From NCBI RefSeq assembly GCF_003367075.2, contig NZ_CP065936.1:1350001-1382000 (forward strand): a stretch of DNA of 32,000 bases, written 5' to 3'. Below are positions 25,297-32,000 of the stretch, piece by piece. Position numbers and translations under genes: made by a program. Source of the stretch: Cylindrospermopsis raciborskii Cr2010. GTDB lineage: Bacteria > Cyanobacteriota > Cyanobacteriia > Cyanobacteriales > Nostocaceae. Position 1 is the first letter of the stretch. Every line of letters starts with the position of its first letter. Under the pieces are notes generated by a model. The model saw nothing but the letters and a program-made list of their open reading frames with translations. It made no database searches and was not told the origin of the DNA.

Positions 25297-27126
25297 ACCA
25301 CCCTCTGCTTCATTCCAACTGCGACTGGCGCTACGACAAAGTTCTGCACTAAAATTCCAAGCGCCTCCACGCAATACCCGACGATTAATATCACCATTTG
25401 TATCCCAAACACTACCATCCCTAGGAGCGCCATGGTAATTATTATGCCAGGGATCAGCACACCATTCCCAAACCAGACCGTGCATATCATACAATCCGAA
25501 AGCATTTGCTAAGTTCAGGTTACCAACCTCTGTAATTTGTGGAGTGAAGTTTCTGCCAAAATCCGCTATATAAGATTGACTAACATTACAATTGATTAAG
25601 TCTGGAGTAATAGTTTCACCGAAGTAAAAAGCAGTAGTAGTTCCCGCACGACAAGCATATTCCCATTCTGCTTCACTTGGTAACCGATAATTTCTACCAG
25701 TGGTTAATGATAAACGTAAACAGAATTCCACTGCTTCGTACCAAGAGACATTTTCTACAGGTAAATTGACCCCCTTAAATTTGCTAGGATTGGGGTTGAG
25801 ATTTTGGGTAACCTTTGGTAATGTTGCTACTGCTTTCCATTGTGCTTGGGTAATGGGATATTTAGCCATATAAAATGGTTCAACAATTACCTGATGTTGG
25901 GGATGTTCATCCCCATTACCTTGAAATTCTGGTGAACCCATTAAAAAACTACCACCGGGAACTAATATCATTTCTAAATAGAGATGTTTATTTAGTTCTT
26001 CTGTAAAGAATTTTCCTATTCTTCTTTCATGCTTAACTTTATCATTTTCTTGATGGGATATCATGGTCTGAAACTCGAAGATTTCCAAGGGTGGAACATT
26101 CACAGCAAGTTTTTGCTGGGTGGTTGCTACTTCTATAATAGGAGTACCCAAGTTAATTTTTGATTCGTCGGAATTGATATAATTGAAATCACTGGTTAGG
26201 GTATGAGAAAAATCATTTTGTAGGTCATATAAAACTTCCATTGCTGACTGATATCTATCCTGGGCAAAATGTTGTAGCAAACGGTTCAAAATATATATTA
26301 ATTGCTGACTAACTATAACACCTCTACCCTGTAAAAATTCTTGCCATAACCATTTTGCTCTCATAGGGTCATAAAGAGGATCTTTGAGTTGATAACTATT
26401 TTGTACGGGTAAACATTGGGTCAATAGACGTATACAAGTTACACCTAAAGCATATAGGTCGCTAGCATGACAGGCAAAACCTGCCATTTGTTCTGTTGGT
26501 GCATAGCCTAAAGTGTATATAGCTGTTGCTTGTCTAGCCATGGTAGTTTTAGTGACTTGTTTAGCACCCCCAAAATCAATTAATACAAGTTTATTATCCA
26601 AACTACGACGAATAATATTTTCAGGTTTGATATCCCGATGGATAACATTTTTGTGGTGAATAAAATCCAGAACCGGTAATAAATCCAATAACAGTTGACG
26701 TATTTGAGCTTCAGTATAAGGTCGTTCTTTCACCTCTTCTAATAGAGTTTTACCAATGATAAATTCCTGAACTAAATATAAACTTGAACCCTGTTCAAAG
26801 TAAGCTAGTAAGCGGGGAATTTGAGAATGATTTTCTCCTAGTTCATATAAGCGATAAGCTTCTTCCTTAAAAAATTCTGCTGCTTTAGCACGTTCAACAG
26901 TTCCCTGAACCTGAGGAAAAAATTGTTTAATTACACAGGGTGCGTCTAATCTATCCACATCCTCTGCAGCATACGTCTTGCTGAAACCTCCCTCACCCAA
27001 TAACCGCAAAACGCGGTAGCGGTTTCTGAGGATTTCACCAAATTTATCATGTCCGCAAACGATGCAAAATCTACTGTGGTTGAGGTTGAACGGGTTAGAA
27101 CAATTGGGATTTTGACAGATTTGCAT
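25252..27126 (-). CDS. Ser/Thr protein kinase with an N-terminal 4-Cys zinc-ribbon and a C-terminal FGE-sulfatase/C-type-lectin-fold domain
   Basis: The zinc-ribbon is CQNPNCSNP...FCIVCGH. The kinase motifs are VIKQF (VAIK-like), HRDIKPENI, DFG and GYAPTEQ. The FGE-type domain shows YPITQAQW, NVSWYEA, RLPSEAEWEYACR, WEWCAD, RGGAW and GFRVV. Confidence 0.85.
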   Translation of the reverse strand: MQICQNPNCSNPFNLNHSRFCIVCGHDKFGEILRNRYRVLRLLGEGGFSKTYAAEDVDRLDAPCVIKQFFPQVQGTVERAKAAEFFKEEAYRLYELGENHSQIPRLLAYFEQGSSLYLVQEFIIGKTLLEEVKERPYTEAQIRQLLLDLLPVLDFIHHKNVIHRDIKPENIIRRSLDNKLVLIDFGGAKQVTKTTMARQATAIYTLGYAPTEQMAGFACHASDLYALGVTCIRLLTQCLPVQNSYQLKDPLYDPMRAKWLWQEFLQGRGVIVSQQLIYILNRLLQHFAQDRYQSAMEVLYDLQNDFSHTLTSDFNYINSDESKINLGTPIIEVATTQQKLAVNVPPLEIFEFQTMISHQENDKVKHERRIGKFFTEELNKHLYLEMILVPGGSFLMGSPEFQGNGDEHPQHQVIVEPFYMAKYPITQAQWKAVATLPKVTQNLNPNPSKFKGVNLPVENVSWYEAVEFCLRLSLTTGRNYRLPSEAEWEYACRAGTTTAFYFGETITPDLINCNVSQSYIADFGRNFTPQITEVGNLNLANAFGLYDMHGLVWEWCADPWHNNYHGAPRDGSVWDTNGDINRRVLRGGAWNFSAELCRSASRSWNEAEGGLRMSGFRVVLSFYG

Positions 27127-27175
27127 AGGTCCTAGTAAGAGAGAATTTTGTGCAAATTCCGACCCAATTTTTTAT

Positions 27176-27203
27176 CAGTTTTCAGTTTTCAAGTTTCAGT
27201 TTT
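27176..27203. repeat. Short tandem heptamer repeat (STRR-like)
   Basis: CAGTTTT CAGTTTT CAAGTTT CAGTTTT lies immediately upstream of the kinase gene start. Confidence 0.6.
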
Positions 27204-27476
27204 GAATTAGAATCAATAAATTTATATATGTGGGTGCATAGATTTATAATTGACTTATAACATCATATTATTTTGGGATTAATGGTAATGTTTAGAATAA
27301 GCATTAATTGATCATGGTAAAATAGGGACTTAATCTACTAGAGCTGAAAACAAGTTTGATGGGTAAAAATCTGTAATTGAGAAAATGGTAAAATAACTTT
27401 ACGTTCTGTTGGATTTTATACGATTTCCAATTTTGGTCACCGCTATACTGGATACCAAGGTTCTACCTGGGAATTG

Positions 27477-27506
27477 ATGAAGTGGCCAAACCACTTCATT
27501 TTTATT
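27477..27506 (+). terminator. Intrinsic-terminator-like hairpin plus T-tract on the plus strand
   Basis: ATGAAGTGG-ccaaa-CCACTTCAT forms a 9-bp perfect stem followed by TTTTATTT. The T-tract is on the plus strand only. Confidence 0.5.
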
Positions 27507-27547
27507 TAAGTAGGGAGGTACAATTATTTGTAGTAGCGTAACCCAAC
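27507..27547 (+). mobile_element. MITE-like repeat, copy D (left-end fragment)
   Basis: TAAGTAGGGAGGTACAATTATTTGTAGTAGCGTAACCCAAC matches the left terminus and left arm only. Confidence 0.6.
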
Positions 27548-27566
27548 TAATCTATAATCACTATAA

Positions 27567-28739
27567 TCAATCATTAGCTAAGTCATCCCGCCATTTTTGG
27601 ACGTTTTGAGGTTTTTGTGACTCCATTTGTTGGTTGTCTGTGAACCTTTCCCAGCTCCAGGTTCCCCATTTGAGAGGTTTTTGTCTCTCTAAATGACTAA
27701 TAAATTCTATAATTGGTTGATCTAGTTCTAGGGGATGTTGTAAGTTAAACTGAATGTTGTTACGATTATTTTTCCCCGGTTTAGGAAAAAGTCTACCGTG
27801 TTGATTTGACATATAGTTAATGGCATTAATCACGATTTTACTCAACCAAAGAAGGAATTTGCCATATATATGACCAATAATACCTGGACGTTTTTTAGCG
27901 ATAAAAATTCTTATTCCCGTGGTTTTTCCTGATTCTATTAAACGCAGTGCATAAAGGATGTGACAGTTAAACTGAAAATGTAAAAACCTAATTTCCACCC
28001 TGACTATCATTGTGATCCCATACCAGTAACAAAGATGATAGCTGATAGGTGGATTAAGCAAAAATCGGAGAATTTTAATTGGAGAATTAGAATTATAGTT
28101 ATTACACTGCTGATTGTACCTGAAAATAATTGCATTCTCATTCAGTTCTTGTTTTTGAAAACTAGATTCCCATACTTGTCTATGAATATTGTAAAAATGC
28201 TGAGCATCAATAGGATTAACCATCACAATATGAGGATGACAATGGATGAGAAACTTACCACCAAAGGCTATATCTAGTTCTGCAACTTCCAACTCCGGAA
28301 TAAAAGGTAAAGATTGCTGAGGATTTTCTCCTGTCCATACCCAAATCAAACCATATTTTTCCTCGGTAGGCCAATTTCTAGCTTTAATAGATTTAGTAGC
28401 TGTAGTATCTATGCTTTCATCCAAACAGGGAATCTTGGTGCAAAAACCCTCTTGATCATATTGCCAGTGATGTAAAAAACAACGTAGTTCATTACCTTTC
28501 ACCTTACCCTCCCCAAGATGAGCACCCATGTGTGGACAGTAAGCATCGAAGATAACTACCAGTCCATCTTCTCCACGATAGATTACCAATTCTTTCCCCA
28601 AAATAGTGATAGGTTTTACCTCACCAACTAATAATTTATGGGAAGGTAGCACCCAGTACCAACCTTCAATAAAACGCTCTGGTTGGTTAAATATTCTTGG
28701 CTTTCTGGTATAGTTAGAATTTATGGGTTTAGGCTTCAT
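27567..28739 (-). CDS. Rieske [2Fe-2S] non-heme-iron oxygenase, alpha-subunit type
   Basis: The Rieske motif is CPHMGAHL...(17 aa)...CFLHHW. The mononuclear-iron motif is NPIDAQHFYNIH (D-x2-H-x4-H). The protein is 390 aa and its C-terminal half is markedly AT-rich and Asn/Ile-rich. Confidence 0.8.
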   Translation of the reverse strand: MKPKPINSNYTRKPRIFNQPERFIEGWYWVLPSHKLLVGEVKPITILGKELVIYRGEDGLVVIFDAYCPHMGAHLGEGKVKGNELRCFLHHWQYDQEGFCTKIPCLDESIDTTATKSIKARNWPTEEKYGLIWVWTGENPQQSLPFIPELEVAELDIAFGGKFLIHCHPHIVMVNPIDAQHFYNIHRQVWESSFQKQELNENAIIFRYNQQCNNYNSNSPIKILRFLLNPPISYHLCYWYGITMIVRVEIRFLHFQFNCHILYALRLIESGKTTGIRIFIAKKRPGIIGHIYGKFLLWLSKIVINAINYMSNQHGRLFPKPGKNNRNNIQFNLQHPLELDQPIIEFISHLERQKPLKWGTWSWERFTDNQQMESQKPQNVQKWRDDLAND

Positions 28740-28860
28740 TTTCAGAATCTACACTTGTGGTGAACTGGGTAATCTAGCAATATCATTTTCCCAGAACAAA
28801 AACAGTTGTTTTCAGTACTATAGCTGTAGCCAACTCTCATTCTTCTCCATTATCCATTAA

Positions 28861-28930
28861 ACAATTATTTGTAGGGGCGATCGCGTAACCGATGGGGGTG
28901 TTGGGTTTCATACTTCAACCCACCTACTTA
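28861..28930 (+). mobile_element. MITE-like repeat, copy E (lacks the left terminus and has a short internal deletion)
   Basis: ACAATTATTTGTAGGGGCGATCGCGTAACCGATGGGGGTGTTGGGTTTCATACTTCAACCCACCTACTTA is nearly identical to the reverse complement of copy A over this span. It contains a HIP1 site. Confidence 0.7.
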
Positions 28931-28948
28931 TCAAGTATATCTTTACCG

Positions 28949-29755
28949 TTAATTACAAATAAAAACGGGAGGTAAAATGGCGTTTTGTAAATTGGCACCT
29001 GTTAAATTAGCACCTGTTAAATTAGCACATCTAAGATTCGCTCCCTGAAGATTGGCACCAGCTAAATTAGCATCTTTTAAATTAGCACCTGTTAGGTCAG
29101 CACTAGTTAAATTAGCTTCCATGAAATTGGCGCGACATAAATAGGAACTTCCTAAATGGGATCTGCTTAAATTGGCTCTGGATAAATTTGTGTTATATAA
29201 GTAACTATTTATAATTTCAGCTTCATACAAATTACAGTCTTGTAAATTACTACCAATTAAATTAGCTCCGATTAAGTTGGCAAAACTCAGATTACTGCGT
29301 ATAAGTTTACTATAAGCGAAATCAACACCGTTTAAATTGGCATAATAAAAGTCAGTTCCAATTAAGTTGGCACTGGTAACTACTGCATCCTGTAGGTTTG
29401 AATTTTTTAGATCTGCTCCAATTAGAACTGCTCCATCTAAATTTGCACGCATTAAGTTGGCATTTTGCAAGTTAGCGACACTTAAATTAGCCTTTCTAAG
29501 ATTTGCCTGAACTAATTTAGCGCTATTTAGATTAGCAGCACTTAAATTGGCATCTTGAAAATCTGCTCTTACCAGCAAAGCATGGCTAAAGTCCACCTGA
29601 TTTAAATTGACATTTTGGAAATTAGCACCACGAAAATTCTCCCCTCTTAAATTAGAGGTACTTAAATCAACTTGAAGTTCTGGGTTTCGTGCTCTCCAAT
29701 CTAACCAGGTAACAGCACCTGCTTTGAGTAGGGTAAGATGTGTTTCAATTGCCAT
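28949..29755 (-). CDS. Pentapeptide-repeat protein
   Basis: About 45 consecutive A(N/D)L..-type pentapeptides are present, for example ANLTGANLTGANLQNA. The ATG at 29755 is preceded by AGGA and lies 16 nt after the ccmP stop. The track's longer ORF would overlap ccmP. DNA-level 15-bp tandem units lie at 28989-29033. Confidence 0.85.
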   Translation of the reverse strand: MAIETHLTLLKAGAVTWLDWRARNPELQVDLSTSNLRGENFRGANFQNVNLNQVDFSHALLVRADFQDANLSAANLNSAKLVQANLRKANLSVANLQNANLMRANLDGAVLIGADLKNSNLQDAVVTSANLIGTDFYYANLNGVDFAYSKLIRSNLSFANLIGANLIGSNLQDCNLYEAEIINSYLYNTNLSRANLSRSHLGSSYLCRANFMEANLTSADLTGANLKDANLAGANLQGANLRCANLTGANLTGANLQNAILPPVFICN

Positions 29756-29771
29756 TTTAGTTATCCTGTCA

Positions 29772-30410
29772 CTATTCTTTACGATGGCCTTGGGGAGCAC
29801 GACCGGGAACATTTTCAATAGCTGCTAAAGCTCCAGCAGCACCAGCTAAAATATCTCGTTCTGTTCCCCCTAGATAAAGTCTGCCAAAACTACCCACTGG
29901 TAAAACTTCTAGAATATTAATCGCAGCAGCTTTTTCCGCTTCATTAGCAGCTAATGCTGCATAAGCAGCAGGTTCAACTTCTAAAACGTAGAGGGTTTGT
30001 CCAGCTAATAACAGTTGTCCACGACGACTACGGTTGATCAGCTGAGTTTGATAAGCATCAATGTTGCGAATAATTTGACTGGAAATGACTCGTGGTTTGA
30101 GACAGTCCTCTTTTTTGACTCCCAATAGGTCCAAAACTGCTTGTCCTGCTGCTCTTGTTTCCCCCTGGGATCCCGAGTGTAGTTCCAACATTCCATATAG
30201 TCTTTCTACTATTTGCCACCCTGGACGCACGGAAGCAGATTTTAAGGCAACATCAGTAATTTTATTGATTTCAATACCGGGTGAAATTTCAATCCAGATG
30301 GAAGTGTCACCCGGTAAAGGTAAAAAACCTTGGGCCACTGTTCCCATATATGCCGCATGTTGCGGTTGTAAGTTGTCTAGAAATACGTAACTGCGTAATT
30401 CTATGCCCAA
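29772..30410 (-). CDS. ccmP: Carboxysome shell protein CcmP (tandem BMC-domain, BMC-T)
   Basis: [49 protein letters not shown]... and ...[29 protein letters not shown] closely resemble the characterised CcmP of Synechococcus elongatus as I recall it. The protein is 212 aa. The TTG start is preceded by GGAGG at -8. Confidence 0.8.
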   Translation of the reverse strand: MGIELRSYVFLDNLQPQHAAYMGTVAQGFLPLPGDTSIWIEISPGIEINKITDVALKSASVRPGWQIVERLYGMLELHSGSQGETRAAGQAVLDLLGVKKEDCLKPRVISSQIIRNIDAYQTQLINRSRRGQLLLAGQTLYVLEVEPAAYAALAANEAEKAAAINILEVLPVGSFGRLYLGGTERDILAGAAGALAAIENVPGRAPQGHRKE

Positions 30411-30841
30411 AGTTTTGCACCTCCGTCTGTTCGTGTCAACAGTTTACCAAAATATCTTCTCAGAAAAAACGCGCATTTTGGTACAACTATAACAAAGAAA
30501 TGTCTGACACTGGTAGGATGGGTTTAGGGGAAGTTTGATGAGTCAGATTGAGAATGACAACTAGGTAAAGTAGAAAAGTAATGAAAACTGCCTGTATGAG
30601 TCTTTGTAGCATAACACTCCCCCCACTTAATAAATAGCATTTTTAATCTGATTAATTGAACCACTAATCTGAATACAGCCTTGGGATTTACCCGATGATA
30701 TGTTATGATATTCGGGTCTGTTATAACCCAGACCGGAAGTGCCATTAAAAGTTCCTCTTGAAATATGAGATATGGCCATTAATCCAGTCCATTCTCTCGA
30801 ACCTCGAATAAAATAAAGGGTAAATAGCTACAAATAACCTC

Positions 30842-31447
30842 ATGATTCCTATCGTTATTGAACAATCGGGTCGAGGCGAACGCGCCTTTGATATCTATTC
30901 ACGTTTGCTGCGCGAACGGATCGTTTTTTTAGGGCAACAGGTGGATAGCAGTTTAGCTAATCTAATAGTGGCCCAACTGCTGTTCTTAGACTCTGAAGAC
31001 CCGGAGAAAGATATTTATATGTATATCAACTCTCCCGGTGGTTCAGTGACAGCAGGAATGGGAATTTTTGATACTATGAAGAACATCCGCCCTAATGTGT
31101 GTACTATTTGTACAGGACTGGCTGCCAGTATGGGGGCCTTTCTATTGAGTGCAGGTACTAAAGGTAAACGTATGAGTTTACCTCACTCGCGCATCATGAT
31201 TCACCAGCCATTAGGCGGTGCTCAGGGACAAGCTACAGATATAGAAATTCAAGCTCGGGAAATTCTATATCACAAACGCAAGCTAAACGAATATTTGGCT
31301 GAACATACTGGTCAGCCATTTGACCGAATAGCCGAAGATACGGAGCGAGATTTTTTCATGTCTCCCCAAGAGGCCAGGGAATATGGACTTATTGACCAAG
31401 TAATTGACCGACATGCAGCTGGTAGTCGCCCCCTGGCCCTACTATAA
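30842..31447 (+). CDS. clpP: ATP-dependent Clp protease proteolytic subunit (ClpP1-like, apparently monocistronic)
   Basis: The catalytic Ser is in [11 protein letters not shown], the His in IMIHQPLGG and the Asp in DTERDFFM. The N-terminus [27 protein letters not shown] is present. Confidence 0.9.
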   Translation: MIPIVIEQSGRGERAFDIYSRLLRERIVFLGQQVDSSLANLIVAQLLFLDSEDPEKDIYMYINSPGGSVTAGMGIFDTMKNIRPNVCTICTGLAASMGAFLLSAGTKGKRMSLPHSRIMIHQPLGGAQGQATDIEIQAREILYHKRKLNEYLAEHTGQPFDRIAEDTERDFFMSPQEAREYGLIDQVIDRHAAGSRPLALL

Positions 31448-31452
31448 ACTGT

Positions 31453-31480
31453 GGATGATTGGGAGTAATCCCCATCATCC
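31453..31480 (+). terminator. Hairpin 6 nt after the clpP stop (candidate terminator, weak T-tract)
   Basis: GGATGATtGGG-agtaat-CCCcATCATCC forms a stem of 7+3 bp. It is followed by AATTCTCC, so no clear U-run. Confidence 0.35.
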
Positions 31481-31853
31481 AATTCTCCAGAATTTCAACA
31501 GCGGAAATTTGGATTCGAGTGCTAGTGATACCTTTAATAGTGCTATTAATAATGCTATGGTGATTACCTCAACTAAAATGTCTAGGAGTATTTTCTGCGA
31601 GTGTGCTCTAAATCTACAATAATGAAGATGGAGTTCGCTGTCATTGCTCATTCAGTTGCCAACCTGATTGTCACCAATTTTACAAATAATTGGGTAAATC
31701 GGCAGTTTCTCTTGGTTAAAACTCAGATTCATACGTTTACGAGAGTCTAAGGGAACGGGTAAATCGTTGGCAATATGTGTAGACTGTGAGGATATACAGG
31801 TAAGAACCAGATAACAAGAAAAATGATGTTTTGACCAAAGGCCAGTTCACTGC

Positions 31854-32000
31854 ATGGAATTTTCAATCGCTACACTCCTTGCCAATTTTACCGATGACAA
31901 ATTGGTAGCTAGGAAGGTTCTGGAAAAAAAATTGGGTTGTGAAGATGAGGATAGTTTGGAAAAACTTCATATTGCTTTGGAGGTGCTCGAAAAAGTTGGA
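31854..32000 (+). CDS. 5' end (49 codons) of an ORF running off the window; the N-terminus resembles cyanobacterial RNase II/R-family (VacB-like) proteins
   Basis: The ATG at 31854 gives MEFSIATLLANFTDDKLVARKVLEKKLGCEDEDSLEKLHIALEVLEKVG with no stop before the window end. The family assignment rests on memory of similar N-termini only. Confidence 0.4.
   Translation, partial: MEFSIATLLANFTDDKLVARKVLEKKLGCEDEDSLEKLHIALEVLEKVG

Noticed and set aside
28989-29033. 15-bp tandem DNA repeats, plus the ankyrin and 14444-14637 repeats, considered as a possible CRISPR or other array
   Set aside because: All lie inside ORFs and encode protein repeats (ANLTG pentapeptides, ANK units, coiled-coil heptads). 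There are no unique spacers, and no cas genes are in the window.
29756-29818. Longer start for the pentapeptide gene ([21 protein letters not shown]...), overlapping ccmP by 47 nt
   Set aside because: The internal ATG at 29755 has an AGGA ribosome-binding site and begins right after the ccmP stop. The upstream codons are just the ccmP 3' end read in another frame.
30085-30745. ORFs 30085-30390 (+), 30281-30538 (+) and 30524-30745 (-)
   Set aside because: The first two are antisense to ccmP or run through its promoter region. The third is intergenic, has no RBS, and has an odd composition rich in Cys, His and Trp. There is no supporting evidence for any of them.
31404-31760. 72-aa plus-strand ORF overlapping the clpP 3' end, and a 27-codon minus-strand ORF (MNLSFNQEKLPIYPIICKIGDNQVGN) in the clpP-RNase spacer
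   Set aside because: The first starts inside clpP in another frame. The second is short, lacks an RBS and has no recognisable similarity. Both are most likely non-coding.
1-32000. Genomic island, prophage or defence locus
   Set aside because: No integrase, transposase, phage structural gene, restriction-modification, toxin-antitoxin or cas gene is recognisable. The tRNA-Arg gene has no flanking direct repeat of its 3' end that I can see. The only mobile DNA is the non-autonomous MITE family.

Overview
This 32 kb window looks like chromosomal DNA from an AT-rich cyanobacterium, probably a filamentous Nostocales-type strain. The evidence is at least 9 HIP1 octamers (GCGATCGC) and cyanobacteria-typical genes: ccmP, DUF1350, DUF1997, DUF4079, DUF4330, and a Ser/Thr kinase fused to an FGE domain. 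Most of it is housekeeping, and about 35 CDS are supportable. These include glcD (truncated at the 5' edge), moaC, queG, a HAD phosphatase, a plsX-fabH-fabD lipid-synthesis block, clpP, one tRNA-Arg(ACG) and many conserved hypothetical or DUF proteins. I see no rRNA, CRISPR array, transposase, integrase or recognisable defence island. Seven things deserve a second look. (1) A 115-121 bp MITE-like repeat family occurs in five copies, and pairs of copies bracket two single genes. (2) The kinase-FGE protein has a C-terminal tail that resembles a diversified DGR variable region, but no template repeat or reverse transcriptase is in the window. (3) Two complementary halves of an RsbU/V/W-type partner-switching system lie 8 kb apart, and each ends in a 4-nt stop-stop overlap with a convergent gene. 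(4) A PD-(D/E)XK-type gene contains near-perfect in-frame 75/54/65 bp tandem repeats. (5) A signal-less papain-like peptidase is fused through a poly-acidic linker to a TerB-like domain. (6) A plus-strand intrinsic terminator has no plus-strand ORF upstream of it. (7) ccmP appears to be co-transcribed with a pentapeptide-repeat gene. All family names come from motif recognition by eye, and no database search was run.
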